Source: a bacterium (GTDB lineage Bacteria > Electryoneota > Electryoneia > Electryoneales > Electryoneaceae). Taken from it: 64,000 nt of DNA. Position 1 is the stretch's first letter. The number at the start of each line of letters is the position of its first letter. Location: positions 1,984,001-2,048,000 of the forward strand of contig CAXXKJ010000002.1 in assembly GCA_963675295.2 (NCBI GenBank), in the 5' to 3' direction. The notes under the pieces were generated by a model. It had not been told where the DNA came from and did no database searches. It saw nothing but the letters and a program-made list of their open reading frames with translations. The position numbers were made by a program, and so were the translations under genes. Positions 9,181-17,921 of this stretch are shown here, piece by piece.

Positions 9181-10224
9181 GTGCCGGTACGAGTGGCGTT
9201 GGACACTGCGGGCCGTGAGCCGGGTTGCCGGACGGTCATCAGCGGTGTGCTCGCCGCGATAGAGGAGGCTGGTACACAGGGCGTGGAAGTCCATCCGGTC
9301 CTGTACGGCTCTTCGGACGAGATCCGCGAGACATTGCGCGACCTCGCCGGATCCTCCATGGCGGAGGAGACGGTTCTGGTGCGGAATGCTCCCGAGGTGA
9401 TCGAGATGAACGAGGAGCCGGCAGAGGCACTCCGTACCAAGCCGAATAGTTCTATCTTGTGTGGTATCAAGGACTTAGCCGCTGGTGTTGTTGACGCGTT
9501 CGTGTCAATGGGCAACACTGGGGCGATTGTCGGTGCCAGCCGTGCCTTTCTCAAGCAGGTGCGTTGGATCGGCAAGCCGGCATTGGCGGTTCCGATGCCG
9601 CGGGCAGGTGGCGGGCATTCTCTGTTGCTGGACGTGGGTGCGTCTCCCGACCCCAAGCCCGGCCATCTGATGCAGTTCGCAGCGATGGGCACGGCGTACA
9701 TGAGTACGCTATACGGTGTTTCCAACCCAAGGATCGGGTTGCTGAACATCGGTGTGGAAGCGCACAAGGGAGACGAACGTGCGCGGGACACCTACAAGCT
9801 GCTCTCGCGCAGCCCGCTCAATTTCGTTGGGAACATCGAGGGCGGGGATTTATTCGGCGACAAGGCGGACGTGATTGTCACCACGGGCTTTGTCGGCAAC
9901 ATCTTGTTGAAATTCACCGAGTCGATCCCATCGTTCCTCGGGCGCTTGAATTGCCCGGATGGTTCGGTGCTGGGCGCGATCGAGGCGATGGCGCAATTCG
10001 ACTACCGGAGATACGGCGGGGCCAGTTTGCTCGGCGTGGATGGGACGGTTGTGATTGGACACGGCCGGAGCTCATCCGAGGCGGTGACCCATGCGATACG
10101 CTGGGCGGGCACACTGGTGAACCGGGACATGCTCAGCACGTTGCGCGATCAGGTTTTCCGGACGCGCCGCGCGGTGTGGCTGTCCAATCCGTTCTCTCGT
10201 GGAGAAGGTGCGGATGATACATGA
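9181..10224 (+). CDS. plsX: Phosphate acyltransferase PlsX
   Basis: SMGNTGA, LLDVGA, GLLNIGVE.HKG, FVGNIEG, GFVGN, YGGASLLGV, GHGRS; canonical gene position. Confidence 0.92.
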   Translation: MPVRVALDTAGREPGCRTVISGVLAAIEEAGTQGVEVHPVLYGSSDEIRETLRDLAGSSMAEETVLVRNAPEVIEMNEEPAEALRTKPNSSILCGIKDLAAGVVDAFVSMGNTGAIVGASRAFLKQVRWIGKPALAVPMPRAGGGHSLLLDVGASPDPKPGHLMQFAAMGTAYMSTLYGVSNPRIGLLNIGVEAHKGDERARDTYKLLSRSPLNFVGNIEGGDLFGDKADVIVTTGFVGNILLKFTESIPSFLGRLNCPDGSVLGAIEAMAQFDYRRYGGASLLGVDGTVVIGHGRSSSEAVTHAIRWAGTLVNRDMLSTLRDQVFRTRRAVWLSNPFSRGEGADDT

Positions 10225-11212
10225 TTTTGACAGGCCGGTCGCCCGGATCGCTGGCACGGGCCATGCCACTGGAACCAAGCTTCTGACGAACGCCGACCTT
10301 GAGAAGATGGTCGACACGTCGGATGAATGGATCACCACCCGAACCGGCATCAAGGAACGCCGGATTGTGGAAGATGGCGTGGTTACGTCCGATCTGTGCG
10401 TCGACGCTTGTCAGCAGGCATTGGATGAAGCCGGGGTCAGCGCTCACGAGATCGACTACATCGTCCTCGGGACAGTTACCGGGGATATGAAATTTCCGTC
10501 CACGGCGAACATCATTCAGTCGAAGCTGAAAGCCTACAACGCGACCACCTTTGACATTTCCGCCGCGTGTAGCGGCTGGGTGTACGGCATTGAGATCGCG
10601 GATAGTTTGATTCGTGCCGGCCGTGCGGACAAAATCCTGGTCATTGGCGCGGAAATCCTGTCGAGCATGACCAACTATAATGATCGCAAGACCTGCGTCC
10701 TCTTCGGTGATGGTGCCGGCGCGACGTTGCTGGTTCGCAGCGACGATGATCGTGGTTTCTTGTCGACATACACCGGTTCCAATGGGGATCTTGCGCATTT
10801 GCTGATCTGCGAGGGTGGCGGATCGTACAAACCAGCGAAGAATCGCGACATACCCTCTGAAGATTTCACGATCTACATGAACGGGAACGAAGTGTTCCGT
10901 CATGCCGTGAGGATCATGGACCACGCGGCGTTGACAGCACTGGAGAAAGCACGGTTGTCGCCGCAGGATGTGGACATGTTCATCCCGCACCAGGCGAACA
11001 TTCGCATCATTGAAGCGATGAAGAAACGGCTGAAGTTCCCGGACGAGAAGGTGTTTGTCAACATCCAGAAGTACGGGAATACATCATCAGCGTCGATTCC
11101 GACGGCGCTCGATGAGGCGAAGAATCAAGAGCGGGTGAAGGAAGGCGACGTGATTCTCGTCGCCGCATTTGGTGGCGGATTTACATGGGCATCCGCTGCA
11201 TTCCGGTTGTAA
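10214..11212 (+). CDS. fabH: 3-oxoacyl-ACP synthase III
   Basis: DTSDEWITTRTGI, AACSG, LFGDGAGA, PHQANIRI, YGNTSSAS. Confidence 0.96.
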   Translation: MIHDFDRPVARIAGTGHATGTKLLTNADLEKMVDTSDEWITTRTGIKERRIVEDGVVTSDLCVDACQQALDEAGVSAHEIDYIVLGTVTGDMKFPSTANIIQSKLKAYNATTFDISAACSGWVYGIEIADSLIRAGRADKILVIGAEILSSMTNYNDRKTCVLFGDGAGATLLVRSDDDRGFLSTYTGSNGDLAHLLICEGGGSYKPAKNRDIPSEDFTIYMNGNEVFRHAVRIMDHAALTALEKARLSPQDVDMFIPHQANIRIIEAMKKRLKFPDEKVFVNIQKYGNTSSASIPTALDEAKNQERVKEGDVILVAAFGGGFTWASAAFRL

Positions 11213-11279
11213 ATCATAGACGGTCGCGCGGATCGTCATCCGAAGTCAGTGTTGCTGTGGGGAGCGGAAGAGGAGCGGC

Positions 11280-12215
11280 ATGGGCACAGCATTTCTCTTT
11301 CCAGGTCAGGCCAGCCAGTTTGTCGGCATGGGTGCGGATCTGTATGAGCAGTTTGATGTGGCGCGGATCATGTTTGACCGTGCGGACAACGAGCTGCCGT
11401 TTGATCTGAAACGCCTCTGCTTTGAGGGCCCGATCGAAGAGCTGACTCAGACCCGTGTCACTCAACCCGCCATTTTTGTTGTCTCCGTCATCACCTCGAT
11501 CCTGCTCGGTCCCAAGGACATGATGGCCGCCTCGGCGGGGCACAGCCTCGGCGAATACTCGGCGCTGGTCGCGGCGGGAGCGTTGAACTTTGACGACGCG
11601 CTGCAGGCTGTCGCGTTGCGCGGTGAGTTGATGCAGAACGCCGGCAATGTCCGTCCCGGCACAATGGCTGCGGTCATCGGGATGAACGAAGAACAGGTCA
11701 ATGCGCTGTGCGCGGAAGCCTCGACGGATGACGAAGTGGTCGTTCCGGCCAATTTCAACAGTCCCGGCCAGATTGTGGTCTCGGGTGATGTTGCAGCGGT
11801 CAGGCGCGCGGTGGAGCAGGCGAAGCCGATGGGCGCACGGATGGCCAAGCTGCTGAATGTCTCCGGCGCGTTTCATTCTCCGCTGATGGAGCCGGCGGCA
11901 AAGGAGTTGGCTGCGAAATTGTCCGAGACACCGATTCGGCCACCATCGGTGCCGGTATATCTAAACGTGACTGCGAAACCGACCACCAGTCCGGACGAAA
12001 TCCGTGATCGGTTGATTGATCAATTGACGCATCCGGTGTTGTGGGAGCAGACGCTACGCAACATGGCGGATGGTGATGAGCTTACGCACTATCTCGAAGT
12101 GGGTCCGGGCAACGTGCTGCAGGGACTGGTCAAGCGGACGCTGGCCGGTGCATCCTTCAGCGGCGCGGGCAATGCGGAACAGGTACAGGCGATACTGGAC
12201 GAAGGCGTGCACTAA
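11280..12215 (+). CDS. fabD: Malonyl-CoA:ACP transacylase
   Basis: FPGQ, GHSLGEYSA, GAFHSPLM, EVGPG. Confidence 0.96.
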   Translation: MGTAFLFPGQASQFVGMGADLYEQFDVARIMFDRADNELPFDLKRLCFEGPIEELTQTRVTQPAIFVVSVITSILLGPKDMMAASAGHSLGEYSALVAAGALNFDDALQAVALRGELMQNAGNVRPGTMAAVIGMNEEQVNALCAEASTDDEVVVPANFNSPGQIVVSGDVAAVRRAVEQAKPMGARMAKLLNVSGAFHSPLMEPAAKELAAKLSETPIRPPSVPVYLNVTAKPTTSPDEIRDRLIDQLTHPVLWEQTLRNMADGDELTHYLEVGPGNVLQGLVKRTLAGASFSGAGNAEQVQAILDEGVH

Positions 12216-12253
12216 GGTTACGTGCGGGCTGAGCGAACAGGAGAGAAGACACG

Positions 12254-12997
12254 ATGTCACAGCTTCAGGATAAAGTAGCACTGGTAACCGGCAGCGCCCG
12301 TGGTATCGGACGCGCGATTGCGGAAGAACTGGCGCGTGAAGGCGCGACGATCATCATTCACGACATTCTCGAAGATGCCGCGAATGAGACCGCCGAAGAG
12401 TTTCGCAAGCAGGGGTGGAAGGCCACGGCAATCGCGAGTAACGTCGCGGTCGCGGAAGACGTGGAAGCCACGATCGCCCGCGTGTTGGCCGAGCACGAAC
12501 GTATCGACATTCTCGTCAACAACGCCGGTGTCACCCGGGACAACCTTCTCATGCGAATGAAGGAGGAGGACTGGGACCTGGTGCTGACGGTGAATCTGAA
12601 GGGCGCATTCCTGATGACCAAGGCGGTCACGCGTCCGATGATGAAACAGAAGTACGGACGGATCGTGAACATGGCGTCCGTCGTTGGTGTGATGGGCAAT
12701 GCCGGGCAGGCGAATTACTCGGCGTCCAAGGCCGGGCTGATCGGATTCACCAAGTCGATGGCGAAGGAGCTGGCGGCGCGTGGTGTGACGGTCAACGCGA
12801 TCGCGCCGGGCTACATCGAGACGGAGATGACGGCGAAGCTGCCGACGGCTGCACGTGAGATGTTCCTGCAGCAGACGCCGCTGGGACGTCCCGGGAAGCC
12901 GCAGGATGTCGCCCGCGCGGTGGCGTGGCTGGCCTCTGACAACGCGGAATTCATCACCGGCCAGGTGCTGCATGTGGACGGCGGGATGGTGATGTAG
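12254..12997 (+). CDS. fabG: 3-oxoacyl-ACP reductase
   Basis: TGSARGIG, NNAGVTRD, GQANYSASKAG. Confidence 0.96.
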   Translation: MSQLQDKVALVTGSARGIGRAIAEELAREGATIIIHDILEDAANETAEEFRKQGWKATAIASNVAVAEDVEATIARVLAEHERIDILVNNAGVTRDNLLMRMKEEDWDLVLTVNLKGAFLMTKAVTRPMMKQKYGRIVNMASVVGVMGNAGQANYSASKAGLIGFTKSMAKELAARGVTVNAIAPGYIETEMTAKLPTAAREMFLQQTPLGRPGKPQDVARAVAWLASDNAEFITGQVLHVDGGMVM

Positions 12998-13061
12998 CGA
13001 TAGAAGCAACCTGATAACGATAGCAACAAAGAAAACACCCCATTGAGGAAGGAAGTTAACC

Positions 13062-13307
13062 ATGGCGACCGACGAACAGATCAAGAAGGTCAAAGAGATC
13101 ATTGCTGAGCAGCTTGGTGTGGACATGGGCGAAGTGACGATGGAAGCGTCGTTCATCGACGACCTCGGCGCGGACTCGCTCGACACGGTTGAACTCGTGA
13201 TGGCGTTCGAAGAAGCGTTCGACATCGAAATCCCGGATGAGGATGCGGACAAGATGCAGACCGTCGGCTCCGCGATCGAGTATCTGGAATCGAAGATTAA
13301 CGGTTGA
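13062..13307 (+). CDS. acpP: Acyl carrier protein
   Basis: [18 protein letters not shown] phosphopantetheine motif. Confidence 0.97.
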   Translation: MATDEQIKKVKEIIAEQLGVDMGEVTMEASFIDDLGADSLDTVELVMAFEEAFDIEIPDEDADKMQTVGSAIEYLESKING

Positions 13308-13315
13308 GCCGCTCT

Positions 13316-14557
13316 ATGGCGAAACGCGTATTTGTCACGGGAATGGGGGCGATCTCTCCCATCGGCCATGGTGTCGGTGCGACGTGGGATGCGCTTGTGA
13401 ACGGCGTCAGTGGCGCCGGCCCGATCACCCGCTTCGACTCGTCGGAACACAAGACCCATTTTGCCTGCGAAGTCAAGGACTTTGACCCGACGCAGTTCAT
13501 GGACCGTAAAGATGCCAAGCGAATGGACCTGTTTTCCCAGTTCGCAATGGCCAGCGCGGTCGAGGCTGTGGAGATGGCTGGCTTTGACTTTGACAACGTC
13601 GATCCGGACCGGATGGGTGTCGTTTACGGTTCCGGCATGGGCGGGATGATGATCTACGAAGAGCAGATGAACAAGCTGAATGAGGCCGGACCCGGCCGCA
13701 TCAGCCCACTGTTCATCCCGATGCTCATTGGCGACATCATTCCCGGCCACATCTCGATGCGCTACAACATGAAGGGCCCGAACTACGGTGTGCAGTCGGC
13801 GTGTGCCACGTCGTCCCATGCCCTCGGTCTGGCCTTCATGCACCTGCGCGCCGGCGATGCGGACGTGATGGTTTCCGGCGGCTCGGAAGCGCCGTTGACC
13901 CGGCTCGGCACAGCGGGCTTCAACAGCGCGCGCACGTTGTCGACTCGTAATGACGATCCGATGCACGCCAGCCGTCCGTTTGACAAGGATCGTGACGGCT
14001 TCGTGATGGCGGAAGGCGCGGCGACATTTGTGCTCGAGACCGAGGAACACGCCAAAGCTCGCGGCGCGAAGGTGTACGCTGAGCTCGCGGGGTACGGTTT
14101 CACGGGCGACGCGCATCACCTGACCGCGCCCGCGCCGGATCACGAAGGCGCGCAGCGGTCGATGCGTCAGGCACTTAAGTCCGCCGGGCTGACAGTCGAG
14201 GACGTTGACTACATCAATGCGCACGGCACATCCACCGAGCTCAACGATCTCAATGAGACCATTGCGATCAAGAAGGTGTTCGGGGATCATGCTCGCGTCG
14301 CGGCGATCAGCTCGACGAAGTCGATGACCGGGCATCTGCTCGGCGCGGCTGGTGCGATGGAGATGCTCGCGTGCGTGAAGGCGTTGCGCGAAGGGATTAT
14401 CCCCCCAACGATTAACTACGAGACCCCCGATCCGGAATGCGACCTCGACTTTACGCCGAACAAGGCAGTCAAGCGCGAGATCAAGGTTGCGATGTCGAAT
14501 ACGTTCGGGTTTGGTGGTCACAATGCGTCGCTCGTGTTGAAGCGAGTCGACGACTGA
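13316..14557 (+). CDS. fabF: 3-oxoacyl-ACP synthase II
   Basis: SACATS, RPFDKDRDGFV, NAHGTST, KSMTGHLLGAAG, NTFGFGGHN. Confidence 0.96.
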   Translation: MAKRVFVTGMGAISPIGHGVGATWDALVNGVSGAGPITRFDSSEHKTHFACEVKDFDPTQFMDRKDAKRMDLFSQFAMASAVEAVEMAGFDFDNVDPDRMGVVYGSGMGGMMIYEEQMNKLNEAGPGRISPLFIPMLIGDIIPGHISMRYNMKGPNYGVQSACATSSHALGLAFMHLRAGDADVMVSGGSEAPLTRLGTAGFNSARTLSTRNDDPMHASRPFDKDRDGFVMAEGAATFVLETEEHAKARGAKVYAELAGYGFTGDAHHLTAPAPDHEGAQRSMRQALKSAGLTVEDVDYINAHGTSTELNDLNETIAIKKVFGDHARVAAISSTKSMTGHLLGAAGAMEMLACVKALREGIIPPTINYETPDPECDLDFTPNKAVKREIKVAMSNTFGFGGHNASLVLKRVDD

Positions 14558-14570
14558 CGGGAGCAGTCCG

Positions 14571-15359
14571 GTGAGGTGGTGGCCAAGCTGGCTTCGGATC
14601 GGAAGAAAACGTTCTCGCCGTCCCGGGGCTCAGTGGTCGATGTCCCAGTTGGAGAACAAGATCGGGTACCGGTTCAAGGACCGCGATCTGCTCGACAGTG
14701 CGCTGAAACATCGCAGTGTCATCGTCACCACCGGCGAAACCCGTGAGGACACGAACGAGCGTCTCGAGTTTCTTGGTGATGCGGTGCTGGATCTGATTGT
14801 GCGCGAAACGTTGCTCGAGTTGTTTCCCGGCGCACGGGAAGGCCAGCTCACTCGTTACAAGAGTCAACAGGTCAGCGGAAGGCAGCTCGCCCGTCTCGCC
14901 AGGCAGATGGAGCTTGGGCAGTATCTCCAGATGAGCCAGGGGGAGGAGCGCAGTGGCGGGCGTGGCCGCAGCAGCATTCTCGAAGACGCAATGGAAGCGT
15001 TAATCGGTGCGATTTATCTCGACGGTGGCTTGCCGCCGGCCAGGAAATTCATCGAACGCTTCATTTCTCAGAAGGTGCGGCCCGGTCATGAACCGGAACG
15101 GGATCGCAACCACAAGAGCCTGTTGCTTGAGCATGTGCAGTCTCGTGGCATGAAGCATCCGACGTACCGTGTGGTCAGTGAAAACGGTCCGGATCATGCC
15201 AAGGTCTTCACGGTGGAAGTTGTCGTCGAAGACAGGGTGTTTGGCTCAGGCCAGGGCCGAAGTAAAAAACAAGCGGAACAGAGCGCGGCTCGCGAAGCCC
15301 TGAAGCAACTGCGAGGTTCTGAAAACGGAAACGATTCGGACACCGAGCCGGAGTCATAA
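14571..15359 (+). CDS. rnc: Ribonuclease III
   Basis: NERLEFLGDAVL signature, EALIGAIYLD, C-terminal dsRBD; ATG 14640 is an alternative start. Confidence 0.95.
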   Translation: MRWWPSWLRIGRKRSRRPGAQWSMSQLENKIGYRFKDRDLLDSALKHRSVIVTTGETREDTNERLEFLGDAVLDLIVRETLLELFPGAREGQLTRYKSQQVSGRQLARLARQMELGQYLQMSQGEERSGGRGRSSILEDAMEALIGAIYLDGGLPPARKFIERFISQKVRPGHEPERDRNHKSLLLEHVQSRGMKHPTYRVVSENGPDHAKVFTVEVVVEDRVFGSGQGRSKKQAEQSAAREALKQLRGSENGNDSDTEPES

Positions 15360-15456
15360 CGTTTCCAGCGGTTTGCTGAGTGCAGAATGGGCAGGACGCA
15401 GTCGCCAGACAATTGGACATCACAACGGACCCCCCGCGGCGCAAGGAGGAAGAGGT

Positions 15457-16614
15457 ATGGATTACCATCTTGACGATTTCCAACAGGAACTGGTAGCGCA
15501 GGCGAATCGTATCGGACGAGAGAAGATTCGGCCGGTTGCCGCGGAGCTTGATATTTCTGGCGAATTTCCGTGGGACATCGTGAAGATCTTCGCGGATTCC
15601 GGCTTCTACGGCCTCTGGGTTCCGGAAGAATACGGCGGTGTCAGCCGTGGCATCATGGATCTCGTGCTGGTCACCGAAGAGCTGTCGAAGTTCTGCGGCG
15701 GGATCTCGCTGGCCGTCGCGGCGAGCGCGTTGGGCACCTTCCCGATCGTGATTTCCGGCAGCGACGCGCAGAAGGAGAAGTACCTGCCGATGCTGGCCGC
15801 CGGCGAAGGGCTGGCCGCGTTTGGTCTCACCGAAGCGTCCGCCGGTTCGGACGCCGGGTCGATCCAGACACGTGCGGAGAAGAAGGGCGACAAGTACATC
15901 CTCAACGGGTCAAAGGTGTTCATCACCAACGGCGGCGTGGCAAAGGTGTACACCGTGATCGCCAGCACCGACCCGGAAAAGGGTACCCGTGGCGCGAGTG
16001 CGTTCATCGTTGAAGATGGCACGCCGGGCTTCACCTTCGGCAAGAAAGAAGACAAGATGGGCATCCGCGCCTCGGCGACGATGGAGCTCGTCTTTGACAA
16101 CTGCGAAATTCCGGCGGAGAATCTGATCGGCCGTGAGGGTGAAGGGTTCATGGTCGCGATGAAGACGCTCGACAGAAGCCGTCCCGGTGTCGCCGCGCAG
16201 GCGCTCGGTATTGCGGCGGGTGCATTGGATCTGTCGGTCCAGTATGCGTCCCAGCGTGAGCAGTTCGGCCAAAGCATCATCCGCTTCCAGGCGATCCAGA
16301 CCATGCTATCCGACATGGCGACCAAGGTCGAGGCCGCACGAGCGATGTTGTACGCGACCGCTCGGATGATCGACGGCGGCGCGAAGTCGTATGCGAAGGA
16401 ATCGGCGATGTGTAAGGTGTACGCCTCCGACGTCGCGATGGATGTGACAACGGATGCGGTGCAGATCTTTGGCGGGTACGGCTACATGCGGGACTACCCG
16501 GTGGAGAAGATGATGCGTGACGCCAAGATCACGCAGATCTACGAAGGCACCAACCAGATTCAGCGGATGGTGATCGCGCGTAACCTGATCAAGGAAGCGC
16601 AGCGGGCCAGTTGA
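15457..16614 (+). CDS. Short-chain acyl-CoA (butyryl-CoA-like) dehydrogenase
   Basis: FGLTEASAGSD, GSKVFITNG, KMGIRAS, REQFG, QIFGGYGY, IYEGTNQIQR. Confidence 0.93.
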   Translation: MDYHLDDFQQELVAQANRIGREKIRPVAAELDISGEFPWDIVKIFADSGFYGLWVPEEYGGVSRGIMDLVLVTEELSKFCGGISLAVAASALGTFPIVISGSDAQKEKYLPMLAAGEGLAAFGLTEASAGSDAGSIQTRAEKKGDKYILNGSKVFITNGGVAKVYTVIASTDPEKGTRGASAFIVEDGTPGFTFGKKEDKMGIRASATMELVFDNCEIPAENLIGREGEGFMVAMKTLDRSRPGVAAQALGIAAGALDLSVQYASQREQFGQSIIRFQAIQTMLSDMATKVEAARAMLYATARMIDGGAKSYAKESAMCKVYASDVAMDVTTDAVQIFGGYGYMRDYPVEKMMRDAKITQIYEGTNQIQRMVIARNLIKEAQRAS

Positions 16615-16626
16615 TGAAAGGCAGTC

Positions 16627-16654
16627 GTGAGTTGTGAGTGATGAGTTATGAGTG
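16627..16654. repeat. Heptamer tandem array (RTGAGTK)x4
   Basis: GTGAGTT GTGAGTG ATGAGTT ATGAGTG just after the acyl-CoA dehydrogenase stop. Confidence 0.7.
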
Positions 16655-16786
16655 ACTTCCTCATGCCATGGACACATGTCCGTGGCATTTTTCTCTCGAT
16701 GCAGTTCTGATTCGGGGTTCATCCTGACAGGATCAATCGGTTATCTTCCAGCAAAACCGCAGCCGTGTGTTGGCACGTAACCCGGC

Positions 16787-16861
16787 CCCGGACTGAAGTC
16801 CGAGGGCGTGGCGGGCGTGGGATTTCCATGCCTCGCGTATCCCGGGCTGAAGCCCGAGGGC
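16787..16861. repeat. Pair of REP-like hairpins (CTGAAG-centred family)
   Basis: CCCGGACTGAAGTCCGAGGGC and CCCGGGCTGAAGCCCGAGGGC in direct repeat, differing by a compensatory A-T/G-C pair. Confidence 0.75.
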
Positions 16862-16892
16862 ATGGGCACACAGAATTCGCGTTGTAAATTCG

Positions 16893-16927
16893 GCTCACAG
16901 CTCACAGCTCACAGCTCACAGCTCAAA
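16893..16927. repeat. Heptamer tandem array (GCTCACA)x4 plus one degenerate unit
   Basis: Directly visible in the sequence. Confidence 0.85.
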
Positions 16928-16943
16928 GTTCAGGATTCACTCC

Positions 16944-17921
16944 ATGAAAATCGCAATCGGTGGCGCGTCGGGGTTGGTCGGGCAGACGTTGCTCGAGTTG
17001 CTCGCGCAGGAACCGTGGACAACGCACCAGGTGATCTCGTTTTCCAGCGAACGGTCGGCCGGCGGAGAGGTGTTGCGCGGCAGCGAACGGTTGCCGTTGC
17101 AGCCGTTGCCGGATGATCCGCCGATTGGGATTGACGTGTTGCTCAGCGCGTTGCCGAATGATGTCGCGAAACGCGTCGTCCCGCGGTGGCGGGACGCGAA
17201 CGTGCTGGTGATCGACAAGAGCAGCGTCTTCCGGATGCAGTATGACGTACCGCTGGTGATCCCCGAGGTGAACGGGAAAATCGTCGAACGCTCGCATCGT
17301 CTCATCGCGACGCCGAATTGCACGACGACGCCGGTCGCGGTGGCGTTGAAACCGATCCGTGACGAGGTCGGGATCACCGATGTCCGGGTTAGCAGTTACC
17401 AGTCGGTTTCCGGCGCGGGCAGCGCGGCGATGGACGCGTGGGTGGCGGAAGAACGCGGGCATCCGGTGAAGAACTCGCCGCTCGGCGCACCGATGCACCG
17501 GAACGTGATCCCGTTGATCGGCGGCTTGGACAACCAGGGCCACTCCAGCGAGGAACGCAAGCTGTCACGTGAGCTGTCGAAGATCCTCGACCTGATCGGC
17601 CTGCCGGTGGAGAGTACCAGTGTGCGCGTGCCGGTCGCCGCCGGGCATGGCATGGCGGTGGAAGTCGGTACGGAAAAGGACATTACGCCGGAGCAGGCGA
17701 TCGAATGGTGGCAGGCGATGCCGGGTGTGGTCGTGCACACGAATCCGCAGAAACCACCGACACCGTTGGATGCCGCTGGCAACGACGACGTTCACATTGG
17801 CCGGGTGCGCCGTCCGATCAGCCGCAAGAACGCGCTGCTCTTCTGGGTCGTGTCGGACAACCTGCGCAAGGGTGCGGCGACCAACTCGCTGCAGATCCTC
17901 AAGACCTGGATGTCACTGTAG
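16944..17921 (+). CDS. asd: Aspartate-semialdehyde dehydrogenase
   Basis: GASGLVG, PLVIPEVN, PNCTT catalytic Cys, YQSVSGAG, VRVPV..GH, DNLRKGAA. Confidence 0.9.
   Translation: MKIAIGGASGLVGQTLLELLAQEPWTTHQVISFSSERSAGGEVLRGSERLPLQPLPDDPPIGIDVLLSALPNDVAKRVVPRWRDANVLVIDKSSVFRMQYDVPLVIPEVNGKIVERSHRLIATPNCTTTPVAVALKPIRDEVGITDVRVSSYQSVSGAGSAAMDAWVAEERGHPVKNSPLGAPMHRNVIPLIGGLDNQGHSSEERKLSRELSKILDLIGLPVESTSVRVPVAAGHGMAVEVGTEKDITPEQAIEWWQAMPGVVVHTNPQKPPTPLDAAGNDDVHIGRVRRPISRKNALLFWVVSDNLRKGAATNSLQILKTWMSL

Noticed and set aside
12257-14521. 754-aa antisense ORF, and similar long ones such as 34284-36560, 18741-20138, 29541-30896 and 52498-53802
   Set aside because: Shadow ORFs opposite well-conserved genes, expected from GC-rich codon bias; no recognisable motifs
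16808-17116. ORF with a SQLTAHSSQL repeat (also 38428-38697)
   Set aside because: Translation of the heptamer and REP repeats, overlapping real genes; not a credible protein
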